Below are positions 52,576 through 61,088 of a DNA stretch of 64,000 nt, piece after piece (position 1 is the stretch's first letter; each line of letters opens with the position of its first letter). Made by a program: the position numbers and the translations under genes. The notes below the pieces were generated by a model, which saw only the letters and a program-made list of their open reading frames with translations, ran no database searches and was not told where the DNA came from. The DNA comes from Pelobacter sp. UBA6093 (lineage in GTDB: Bacteria; Desulfobacterota; Desulfuromonadia; Desulfuromonadales; Syntrophotaleaceae), in the NCBI GenBank assembly GCA_002435955.1, contig DIWZ01000032.1, positions 154,655 to 218,654 on the forward strand, given 5' to 3'.

Positions 52576-52887
52576 GACAGCACTCCGTTTCCTGAAAATA
52601 ATGATCATCGTAGAAGATGTCGTACATACCGTCAATGGGTATTGCAGAGAATCCTTTCCCGAGATACCTTGACGGGACGTTTTCGCCCCGCCCCCCGCTT
52701 CATCCGTGGCGCCTTCCGGTTTGAACCTGCAGGCCTGAACCGGCGCTCCCTTCGAAGAGCACCACCCTGTTAAAACTGCCTCCAGCCTGTAGCCCCTTCC
52801 AATTCCTGATTGCCAAATCGCACCGCAATGCGTATGTTTTCCTCTTCGAGAAACTATCCGGATTTAGGGATTGCAGAAAATTTCTGC

Positions 52888-52955
52888 CAGGAGGCTGTCG
52901 GACTATCCATGCGCCTGCTGCAAATTCGGCCCGTATAGTCCGACAGCCTCCCAGG
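52888..52955. repeat. palindromic MITE/REP-like element, full short form, inverted relative to copy D (copy E)
   Basis: CAGGAGGCTGTCGGACTATCCATGCGCCTGCTGCAAATTCGGCCCGTATAGTCCGACAGCCTCCCAGG has perfect 17-bp terminal inverted arms. It shows about 5 mismatches over ~62 nt against the reverse complement of copy D. Confidence 0.85.
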
Positions 52956-52964
52956 AGATTAATC

Positions 52965-53993
52965 GTGCGCATCTTGACAGTCACCCCGGCCCAACCACGC
53001 ACGACAGGTAACTGGGTATCGGCACTTCGCCAACAGAAAGGTCTGGAAGCCCTCGGCCACCACGTCCATATTGCCGAAGCCGGGGAATCCATCCAGGATC
53101 TGGAAAATGAAACGGAAGACTTCGTACCCGATGTTGTGAACGTACTGCATGCCTATCGCTGTGGCCGGCAGTGGCTGGCGTGCAGACAGTCCGATCGCAT
53201 CCCCCTGGTCGTCACCCTGACAGGCACTGACGTCAATCACGGGCTTGCGAATCCGGAACAAGGACCAACCATCCTGACTGTCCTTGAACGGGCCGAAGCG
53301 ATCATTACCATTAACGCCTTGACCACTACGGAATTACAAAGGGATTACCCCGGACTGGCTTCGCGCCTGCATCATGTACCGCCGGCTCTGGATTGCGGTC
53401 ACGCCCCGCATGCCCTGCGCCATGGACTCGGTATTCAACGGGAATGCGTGCTGTTCCTGCATCCGGCGGGGATTCGCCCCGTCAAAGCGAATCTGGAACT
53501 GCTGGAGATGTTTGAACCGGTTGCCGCTGCACATTCACCGTGCCGGCTGGTATTTTGCGGTCCCATACTTGATATTGATTATGGACACCGCTTTTTGCAG
53601 GGCGTTAAGAGTCGTCCATGGGCACGTTATGCGGGAGAGATCCCCGTAATCGCCATGCCCGCCGCCATGCAGGAAGCCGACGTAGTGCTCAACAACTCGG
53701 TCAGCGAGGGCTTTTCCAACGCCCTGCATGAAGCGGCCTGGCTTGGAACACCTGTATTGGCCAGGAATATTCCCGGCAACATGGTTGCTTTTGAATCAGG
53801 CCGGCAGGGTTTGTTGTATGACACGCCGCACAGTTTTGTTCAACAGGCCATCACCCTGGCGCGTGACCCGGAGTTGCGCCGCCGGCTTTCGCAACCGAAG
53901 CGCAGGGTTCGCTCACTGATGGAAGAAGCGCTTCAACTCGAAAAAATTTTCTTGGCACTATCAATGCACTGCGCGGTTGGTCCTGGCTTTTAA
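52965..53993 (+). CDS. glycosyltransferase family 4 (GT-B, EX7E motif)
   Basis: 342 aa containing SEGFSNALHEA (E-x7-E). GTG start at 52965 has AGGAG upstream. Confidence 0.85.
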   Translation: MRILTVTPAQPRTTGNWVSALRQQKGLEALGHHVHIAEAGESIQDLENETEDFVPDVVNVLHAYRCGRQWLACRQSDRIPLVVTLTGTDVNHGLANPEQGPTILTVLERAEAIITINALTTTELQRDYPGLASRLHHVPPALDCGHAPHALRHGLGIQRECVLFLHPAGIRPVKANLELLEMFEPVAAAHSPCRLVFCGPILDIDYGHRFLQGVKSRPWARYAGEIPVIAMPAAMQEADVVLNNSVSEGFSNALHEAAWLGTPVLARNIPGNMVAFESGRQGLLYDTPHSFVQQAITLARDPELRRRLSQPKRRVRSLMEEALQLEKIFLALSMHCAVGPGF

Positions 53994-55378
53994 TTCCGCT
54001 CGTTTGGCTGCTGTCTGCGTTGAACCCGATGTAACCGTACGCCCAGCAATACAGCCGAAACACTCAGTCCGACAATAAGGCTTATCCAGAACCCTGTCGC
54101 TCCCATGGGATGGCCCCAAACAGAGGTCAGCGCAAGACTGTAGCCAAGAGGCATCGCAATCCCCCAGAAAGCGATCAGAATCAACAGCAGAGGCATGCGG
54201 GTATCCTTATAGCCCCGCAGGGCCGCCACAGCACTGACCTGATACGCATCGGACACCTGATAAAGCGCGTTGAGATAGAGCAGCCCAACGGCAATGGCAA
54301 CCACTTGGCTGTCATTGGTATAGAGGCTGGCGATCTGTTCGGCAAAGAGCATAGTGAGACAGGCTGTCAAAACTGCAACCAGAGAATTAACCACCAGGCC
54401 TACCTGGCTTACGCGATGGGCCTGATCGAAACGCTTGCTACCGACCGCATGCCCCACACGAATGGTTATGGCGCTGGCAATACTCAAAGGGACCATAAAC
54501 ACCGTGGCGGAATAATTAAGGGTAATCTGATGTGAAGCGACAACCAGCGCCCCCAGAGGCGCGAGAAACAGGGCAATCAATGCAAAGACACTCGATTCGA
54601 CCAGCAAAGAACACCCGATAGGCCAGCCGAGCCTGAGAATTTGCATGGCGCCTTCCTGTCCGCAGGGCCGGCCGAAATCAAAACAATGTGTGGCGGCATA
54701 AGTCCTGCCTCGCAAAATAGTCATCACCATGCAGCCACACATGAACCATAGAGTAATTGCCGAAGCCCAGCCGCATCCGACGCCGCCAAGGGCGGGAAAT
54801 CCAAGCTTGCCATGGATTAAAACATAATTGGCGGCAACATTGACCGGCAAGCTGGCCACCCCGATGAGCATACTGGGACGCACCAACCCCAATCCTTCAC
54901 TGAGATTGCGCAGCAGAAAAAAGACAGCCGCGGCCGGCAGTCCCCAGGCGATAGCCTTAAGGTAACGTGAGGCAATCAAAGAGACCTCGGGCACAACCTC
55001 CATCATGGTAAAGACCGTGTCGGCATGCCCCAGCAGCAGCATAGCCACCACCACCATCGGCAAAGCTACCAGTGTACCGCGTCGCACCAAAGGCCCGGTT
55101 TCGGCGGTATGTCCCGAGCCGTGCAGTTGCGCAACCATCGGTGTGATCGCCAGCAAAACTCCGTAAAGAAACAGAGAAACAGGAATCCACAGACTGCCCC
55201 CGACAGCCACCCCGGCAAGATCGGTAGCACTCACCCGGCCGGCCATCACCGTATCGGTAAAAGCAAGAGCCTGTTGCGCCAGATGAGCCGTCAAGATAGG
55301 GCCTGCGAGCAGCATCAGGGCGCGCCCTTCAATTTTCAAACGTTGAAAACGCGCAAAGTCCAAAGAAAAAAACGGCAT
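53990..55378 (-). CDS. MATE family efflux transporter
   Basis: 462 aa, 12-TM, with the two-fold internal repeat typical of NorM/DinF-type MATE proteins. Confidence 0.9.
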   Translation of the reverse strand: MPFFSLDFARFQRLKIEGRALMLLAGPILTAHLAQQALAFTDTVMAGRVSATDLAGVAVGGSLWIPVSLFLYGVLLAITPMVAQLHGSGHTAETGPLVRRGTLVALPMVVVAMLLLGHADTVFTMMEVVPEVSLIASRYLKAIAWGLPAAAVFFLLRNLSEGLGLVRPSMLIGVASLPVNVAANYVLIHGKLGFPALGGVGCGWASAITLWFMCGCMVMTILRGRTYAATHCFDFGRPCGQEGAMQILRLGWPIGCSLLVESSVFALIALFLAPLGALVVASHQITLNYSATVFMVPLSIASAITIRVGHAVGSKRFDQAHRVSQVGLVVNSLVAVLTACLTMLFAEQIASLYTNDSQVVAIAVGLLYLNALYQVSDAYQVSAVAALRGYKDTRMPLLLILIAFWGIAMPLGYSLALTSVWGHPMGATGFWISLIVGLSVSAVLLGVRLHRVQRRQQPNERN

Positions 55379-55748
55379 ATATCCTCAATAACCAAAGGTT
55401 TTCTGTCGCAAAGCCCTCCTGCGTCAGCAACCCAGGTCAATACTTGTCTATCGGAGAACCAGCCCAAAAGGCAGAAACTGCCTGCAACCTGTTAACAAAT
55501 CTTACCGGGATGGTTAAAAAACGAAGACTACACGAGATCGCGCATGGCAGATATGTTTTTTATCGGCTTTCAGGCCAGGGCAGTTCTTCGTGGGAATGTG
55601 TTGTAATATCGTTAAACAACGCAAGAAACATAGCTGAAACCAACAGAATACAGGGACGAGGGCCATGGGCGCAGCGACATAGCACTTTATTGCAGCAAAC
55701 CAGGAAAACGACTGAAAAAGGGATGTGCAGGAGGGGGGATTATGCGTG

Positions 55749-56033
55749 TCAACAACAGAGATCGTTTACAATTTTTCGATAACAGGGGAAATTTTTACTT
55801 AATTTTCCGGTTATTTCGTTCTTGCAGACACTATAAACACTGATTGCCAGGTCTGGACATATACTTGCACAGAATGCACAACCAGCACAGTTGCCTTCCT
55901 CAGCGAAAACAGCGACGGGAAGATGTTCGTCATTTTCTGCTCTACTTAGGACAAGCAAGTTCCTTGGGCATGAAATAGTACAAAGCCCGCAGCCTTTACA
56001 CTTGGAACGATCTATTTCGATATGAGCAAACAT
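55749..56033 (-). CDS. 4Fe-4S dicluster ferredoxin-like protein (94 aa)
   Basis: Contains CKGCGLCTISCP and CAGCAFCASICP motifs. ATG at 56033. Confidence 0.8.
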   Translation of the reverse strand: MFAHIEIDRSKCKGCGLCTISCPRNLLVLSRAENDEHLPVAVFAEEGNCAGCAFCASICPDLAISVYSVCKNEITGKLSKNFPCYRKIVNDLCC

Positions 56034-56240
56034 TGATTTGTCCTGGCCAAAATTAGTTTATGCGCAATCTTCTCAAACCTACCAAGCATTTTAACTTGAG
56101 TCAACATTTTACATAATTACGAGATATCTCAATAAAACTCAAATATAGTAATTACATAACTACTGTAAATTCCAGGCATGGATGAATTTGCAATCTACAA
56201 TATTCACAAGAACCTTCCTCGCAAAACTCATGAAACACTA

Positions 56241-57443
56241 TCAGATCCCATATCCCTGCAAACCTTTTGTCCACATGCGCACCTGGTTTCGTCCACAGTT
56301 TTTTGCCTCATAAAGTGCTCGATCCGCCAGTTCAACCAGATTTTCGATCGAAGATTGCTGCCCGGACGGCAGGGTTGCATGCCCCACGCTGGCGGTAACA
56401 ATTTCCTCCCCCCGGCCTGCGGGTATGTTCGCAGATGCGATGTATTCCAAGATTCTACGACCTATTTTTTCAGCGATATCGGCGGATGTATTGGGCAGCA
56501 ATATTGCGAATTCCTCCCCCCCATATCGACATGGCGTATCACACTGACGGACAGTGTCACCGATTATCCCGGCCACCAGTGCCAAAACTTGATCACCGAC
56601 CACATGCCCGAAATGGTCGTTGATTTCCTTGAAGTGGTCGATATCGATCAACATGAGACTCACCTCCTGCCCAGCCTTGCTTGACGGCCCCAATTCTCTG
56701 GCCAATACGGAAAAAAAGTGCCGCCGATTGGGCAGACCGGTCAGTGAGTCCTGAAGCGACAACATATGAGCCTTTTCACGCTGCTGGTCAACATCGGACA
56801 GGGCCTGGTACAAGCGATCGGACTGATCCTGAATGGTGAATTTATGAATAAATTCTTTTCTCTGGGACAGCTCCATGGAGTAACAAGCAAACATTCCGCC
56901 AATATTGAAAAAAAAGAAAATAAAAATATTATTTAAAAAAATAGCCAACGGTGTATCAGTAAACAAAATGGCAACCACGACATACAGACCAAACACCCCC
57001 CATGAGAGGATATTCGAGACCACCTGTTGTGGTTCGAAAACATAATAAAACAGACAACATAACATCAAACAACCATAATAAAGGTGATTCCCGGGCGAGG
57101 GCGCCTGGGCTATCAGGAAGAGCATGCCTCCTCCTGCGGCAAAACCATTTATCAACGAAATTGATGTCCAGTATTTTCGATATACAGGCTTACCAACCAG
57201 ACAATATGTTGCAATAAGCATCGGACATACAACAAAGAATCGGACAAAGGCACATAGTCTTATATTGTCTGCAATTAGAAACCAATCAAGAATAAAAAAT
57301 ATTGCGTATAAAAATGTTCCGCCGAGATAAATCAATCTTGGAACAAAAAGATTACTGAATACGACATCCTGCAAAAACCTGTTTTCAAGGTTTTTGTCTG
57401 AAAATTTCAGCGTTATACCCATGCTAAAATCATCAACATGCAT
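56241..57443 (-). CDS. membrane-anchored GGDEF diguanylate cyclase
   Basis: About 6 N-terminal TM helices, a coiled-coil, then a GGDEF domain with an I-site (RQCDTPCRYGGEEF). Low-GC gene. ATG at 57443; an alternative GTG lies at 57461. Confidence 0.88.
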   Translation of the reverse strand: MHVDDFSMGITLKFSDKNLENRFLQDVVFSNLFVPRLIYLGGTFLYAIFFILDWFLIADNIRLCAFVRFFVVCPMLIATYCLVGKPVYRKYWTSISLINGFAAGGGMLFLIAQAPSPGNHLYYGCLMLCCLFYYVFEPQQVVSNILSWGVFGLYVVVAILFTDTPLAIFLNNIFIFFFFNIGGMFACYSMELSQRKEFIHKFTIQDQSDRLYQALSDVDQQREKAHMLSLQDSLTGLPNRRHFFSVLARELGPSSKAGQEVSLMLIDIDHFKEINDHFGHVVGDQVLALVAGIIGDTVRQCDTPCRYGGEEFAILLPNTSADIAEKIGRRILEYIASANIPAGRGEEIVTASVGHATLPSGQQSSIENLVELADRALYEAKNCGRNQVRMWTKGLQGYGI

Positions 57444-57690
57444 TACACACCCCCAAAGCACGTACCCGAGCTAGTGTCCATCCGGAAACTTTGGATGGTC
57501 ACAGTGACGTTTTTAACTTGGGAACGGTGAATTCAATTTGCAAGTGCACCACTCCTAGCTTCCACGACCTACCATAACGCAAGGACTTCTCCTGAAAATC
57601 ATCCGGATATTTTCATTCGGTCCCGATGGAAATACCGCCATCGTATTGCAAAAAGGTCAAAGGCATTCGTAAAATTTCAAGGCTCCGACT

Positions 57691-57718
57691 AAAAAAGGCC
57701 GCCCTGAAGGCGGCCTTT
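57691..57718 (-). terminator. intrinsic terminator after fba
   Basis: The minus strand reads AAGGCCGCCttcagGGCGGCCTTTTTT. Confidence 0.85.
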
Positions 57719-57740
57719 ACCATAAATCAGTTTCACCGAA

Positions 57741-58724
57741 TCACGAAACCCTGCCGGCGCTACCGACCACATTGCGGTTTTTATGGGTAATCAGATCGAT
57801 CAGTTCCTGGCGTCCCGCTCCGAGATATGTCCGCGGATCGAACTCCTTGGGGTTGTTGGCCAGATATTCCCGCACTTTGGCGGTCATTGCCAACCGACCG
57901 TCGGAGTCGATATTGATCTTACAAACGGCGCTGGCAGCGGCACAACGCAACTGTTCCTCGGAAACGCCCACCGCCCCCTCCAGATTGCCGCCATAGCGAT
58001 TGATCAACTCCACGTAGGCGGGTACCACACTGGAGGCTCCGTGCAGTACGATGGGAAACCCGGGAATGCGTTCCTCAACTTCCGTGAGAATATCAAAACG
58101 CAGCGGCGGTGGCTCCTCCCCCGGCTTTACCTTGAATTTATAGGCTCCATGGCTGGTTCCGATGGAGATAGCTAGAGAATCAACGCCGGTCTTACTGACG
58201 AAATCCTCAACTTCCTCAGGCTTTGTGTACGTTGAATATTCGGCGACGACCTCATCCTCGATGCCGGCCAGCACACCGAGTTCCCCCTCAACGGTAACGT
58301 CATGGGCATGGGCATATTCGACGACCTTGCGGGTCAGGGCAACATTGTCATCGTAAGAAAGGTGGGACCCGTCGATCATAACCGATGAAAAGCCGGATTC
58401 TATGCAGGACTGGCACAACTCGAACGAATCACCGTGGTCGAGGTGCAGGGCGACGGGGATCTCAGACCCTTTTTCGCGCGCCATGCGCACAGCACCCATG
58501 GCCATATAGCGCAGCATGGTCTCGTTGGCGTAATTGCGAGCCCCCTTGCTGACCTGAATGATGACTGGCGAGGCAGTAGCCGCACAGGCCTGGATGATGG
58601 CTTGCAGCTGTTCAAGATTATTAAAATTGTAAGCGGGTACAGCATAGCCTCCGGCCATTGCCTTATTGAACATGTCTCGGGTATTAACCAACCCCAATTC
58701 CCGGTAATGGGTTCCATCCGCCAT
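57741..58724 (-). CDS. fba: class II fructose-1,6-bisphosphate aldolase
   Basis: 327 aa with Zn-ligand context VALHLDHG, SVMIDGS and LHGASS. Confidence 0.95.
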   Translation of the reverse strand: MADGTHYRELGLVNTRDMFNKAMAGGYAVPAYNFNNLEQLQAIIQACAATASPVIIQVSKGARNYANETMLRYMAMGAVRMAREKGSEIPVALHLDHGDSFELCQSCIESGFSSVMIDGSHLSYDDNVALTRKVVEYAHAHDVTVEGELGVLAGIEDEVVAEYSTYTKPEEVEDFVSKTGVDSLAISIGTSHGAYKFKVKPGEEPPPLRFDILTEVEERIPGFPIVLHGASSVVPAYVELINRYGGNLEGAVGVSEEQLRCAAASAVCKINIDSDGRLAMTAKVREYLANNPKEFDPRTYLGAGRQELIDLITHKNRNVVGSAGRVS

Positions 58725-59133
58725 AACCTGCAGCCTCCTAGTCGGTGTTGTGATTCGAAACGCGCCCCGGTCGGATTACTTGTGCTCCTTTTTTGCAGTA
58801 TCCAGATCGAGTAAAAAGTACCAGAAACTACCAACAAATGATTGAAAAGGCAAGTCACTTGGTTTAGAATAAGAAGGTTTTAAACAGCCGCCAAAGCGTA
58901 CGTATCAAGGGCTGCATACCGAGTGGTGCAAATCTCGTATATGGCACCTTCTGCGCCGCCTGCCTACCGGATAATCCTGGTGTTAATAAATAAGCAGTTA
59001 TGGGTGCGAAGTCCAGCTTAAAGTCGCCCGCCGGATGTAAAAGGCGTTGAAATGGCGTGTCTGTTTCTATAGGATAAACGCCTATTTTTTAACCGTCGGT
59101 TCGATTAAAATCGAACCTTGGAAGGGAGCAGAT

Positions 59134-60579
59134 ATGAGCATGCAAAAGCAGAAAAAGTACCTGAACGACTGGATCAGGCAGGACGAAACAGCAGAATCCA
59201 TGCTTCCTCTGATCGGGCACCTTTACCGTGACCGCGGGGTGAGCATCAATGTCTACGGCCAGTCACTGGTCAACAAAACGGTCATCGACCTCTTGAAGGC
59301 GCACGGTTTTGCCCAACAGGTACTGGGGAGCGAACTTTCCGTTATTGACACCTTCCCCGTCCTGCAGGCCATGAGCAAACTCGACCTGTCCCCGTCCCGC
59401 GTCGATATCGGCAAACTTACCGTTCAATTCCGGGAGCAGGAAGGCAAGCAGCCCCTGGATGAATTTATCGCCGGCAAACTGACATCGGTCAACAACGGCC
59501 GTGGCTCCTTGCTGAGTGAACCCCGCGATGTAGTGCTCTACGGCTTCGGACGCATCGGACGCCTGCTGGCACGGGTGCTGGTCGAAAAGACCGGCGGTGG
59601 CGATAAGCTGCGCCTGCGTGCCATCGTGGTCCGCAAAGGCACGGATGACGACCTGATGAAACGCGCCAGCCTGCTGGAGCGCGACTCTGTCCACGGCCCC
59701 TTCAATGGCGTGTTGAGCTTCGACGAAGAAGAAAACGCCATCATTGCCAACGGCAATATGATCCGGGTGATTTACGCGAACTCCCCCGACAGTATCGACT
59801 ATACCGCCTACGGCATCAATGACGCCATCGTCGTCGACAACACCGGTCTGTGGCGCGATCGCGAAGGGCTTGGCCAGCACCTCAAATCCAAGGGCGTAGC
59901 GAAGGTCCTCCTTACCGCTCCCGGCAAAGGCGATATCCCCAATATTGTTTTCGGCATCAACAACAACCTGGCCACCCCGGACGAGAAGATCTTCTCCGCC
60001 GCCAGTTGTACCACGAATGCGGTAGTGCCGATCCTCAAGGCCATCAACGATAAGTATGGCATCGTCAACGGTCACCTCGAAACCTGCCACTCATACACCA
60101 ACGACCAGAACCTGATCGACAATTATCACAAAAAAGGTCGTCGTGGTCGCGCAGCAGCCCTGAACATGGTCATCACCGAAACCGGCGCTGCCAAAGCTTC
60201 AGCCAAAGCCTTGCCGGAGCTTGCCGGAAAACTGACAGGCAATGCCATTCGTGTGCCGGTCGCCAACGTTTCTCTGGCCGTTCTGAACCTGTCCCTTACC
60301 AAGGAGACGAATGTCGATGAACTGAACAACTACCTGCGCGATGTGGCACTGCATTCCTCGCTGCAAAACCAGATCGCGTTTGTCAATTCGCCGGAACTGG
60401 TATCCAGCGACTTCATCGGCTCCCGCCACGCCGGAGTGGTCGACTCCCTGGCCACCATCGTCAATGGCGACCGTTGCGTCCTGTATGTATGGTACGACAA
60501 CGAATTCGGCTACACCTGCCAAGTTGTTCGACTGCTGCAGACAATCGCCGGCATCGAACTGCCGGTCATGCCGAAATAA
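59134..60579 (+). CDS. gap: glyceraldehyde-3-phosphate dehydrogenase, long form with ~140-aa N-terminal extension
   Basis: Rossmann motif LYGFGRIGR begins about 150 aa into the protein, and the catalytic SCTTNA motif is present. ATG at 59134 has GGAAGGGAG upstream. Confidence 0.92.
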   Translation: MSMQKQKKYLNDWIRQDETAESMLPLIGHLYRDRGVSINVYGQSLVNKTVIDLLKAHGFAQQVLGSELSVIDTFPVLQAMSKLDLSPSRVDIGKLTVQFREQEGKQPLDEFIAGKLTSVNNGRGSLLSEPRDVVLYGFGRIGRLLARVLVEKTGGGDKLRLRAIVVRKGTDDDLMKRASLLERDSVHGPFNGVLSFDEEENAIIANGNMIRVIYANSPDSIDYTAYGINDAIVVDNTGLWRDREGLGQHLKSKGVAKVLLTAPGKGDIPNIVFGINNNLATPDEKIFSAASCTTNAVVPILKAINDKYGIVNGHLETCHSYTNDQNLIDNYHKKGRRGRAAALNMVITETGAAKASAKALPELAGKLTGNAIRVPVANVSLAVLNLSLTKETNVDELNNYLRDVALHSSLQNQIAFVNSPELVSSDFIGSRHAGVVDSLATIVNGDRCVLYVWYDNEFGYTCQVVRLLQTIAGIELPVMPK

Positions 60580-60601
60580 ACTGCCTCATTTTTCGCATTA
60601 C

Positions 60602-60645
60602 AAAGCCGAAGCGCTGGACCAGGGAATGCGCTTCGGCTTTTTTTT
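60602..60645 (+). terminator. intrinsic terminator after gap
   Basis: AAAGCCGAAGCGC...GCGCTTCGGCTTTTTTTT. Confidence 0.85.
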
Positions 60646-60675
60646 GTGTGCAGCAGACATAGCATACGCAAAGAC

Positions 60676-60710
60676 AAAAAAGGGCCGACCCCTGAGGATC
60701 GACCCTTTTT
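60676..60710 (-). terminator. probable intrinsic terminator after rpsU
   Basis: The minus strand reads AAAAAGGGTCGAtcctcaggggTCGGCCCTTTTTT; the stem has one mismatch. Confidence 0.6.
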
Positions 60711-60737
60711 ACCTTATAAACACATATCGGCGAGGCA

Positions 60738-60932
60738 TCAGACTTTTTTGATCAAACGCAATTTTTTGCGCAGACGACGCTGTGCTTCCTTTTCCTTGCG
60801 CTTACGCTTGACACTCGGCTTTTCGTAAAATTTTCGCTGCTTCATTTCACGAAACAAGCCTTCCTGCTGCAGCTTGCGCTTGAGCACACGGATAGCCTTT
60901 TCGACATTGTTGTCGATAACTTGAATTTCCAC
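60738..60932 (-). CDS. rpsU: 30S ribosomal protein S21
   Basis: 64-aa basic protein containing ...EKAIRVLKRKLQQEGLFREMKQRKFYEKPS.... GTG start. Confidence 0.93.
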   Translation of the reverse strand: MEIQVIDNNVEKAIRVLKRKLQQEGLFREMKQRKFYEKPSVKRKRKEKEAQRRLRKKLRLIKKV

Positions 60933-60999
60933 GAAACCTTCACCTCACTTTCTCTCTATCTGGCGTGCCACTCAGCTCAGCCAAACGACACGAAGAGGA

Positions 61000-61028
61000 A
61001 TTATAATGTCTACACCGAGACAATGCAA
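61000..61028 (-). promoter_or_regulatory. candidate rpsU promoter (TTGCAT-17-TATAAT)
   Basis: The minus strand reads TTGCATtgtctcggtgtagacatTATAAT, about 68 nt upstream of the rpsU GTG. Confidence 0.6.
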
Positions 61029-61046
61029 GTGAAATTTATTCTTTTC

Positions 61047-61088
61047 CAGGAGTCTGTAGGCTCGTATAGTCCGGCAGACTCCTAAAGG
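61047..61088. repeat. degenerate or minimal member of the family (copy F)
   Basis: CAGGAGTCTGTAGGCTCGTATAGTCCGGCAGACTCCTAAAGG. The terminal C+TA on the plus strand is the stop codon (TAG, minus strand) of the THUMP methyltransferase. Confidence 0.55.

Noticed and set aside
52576-52887. Tentative resemblance of the ferredoxin leader to cobalamin (…GAAGGGAGCGCCGGTTCA…GGCGCCACGG…) or Moco riboswitches.
   Set aside because: Only short, loose matches are present, the canonical B12 box and other conserved cores are not, and the gene context is atypical. I kept it only as an unclassified structured leader.
52700-53261. ORFs 52700-53092 and 52959-53261 (minus strand) spanning element copy E and the start of the glycosyltransferase gene.
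   Set aside because: They read straight through a repeated palindromic element and overlap a well-supported gene. There is no SD and no recognisable motif.
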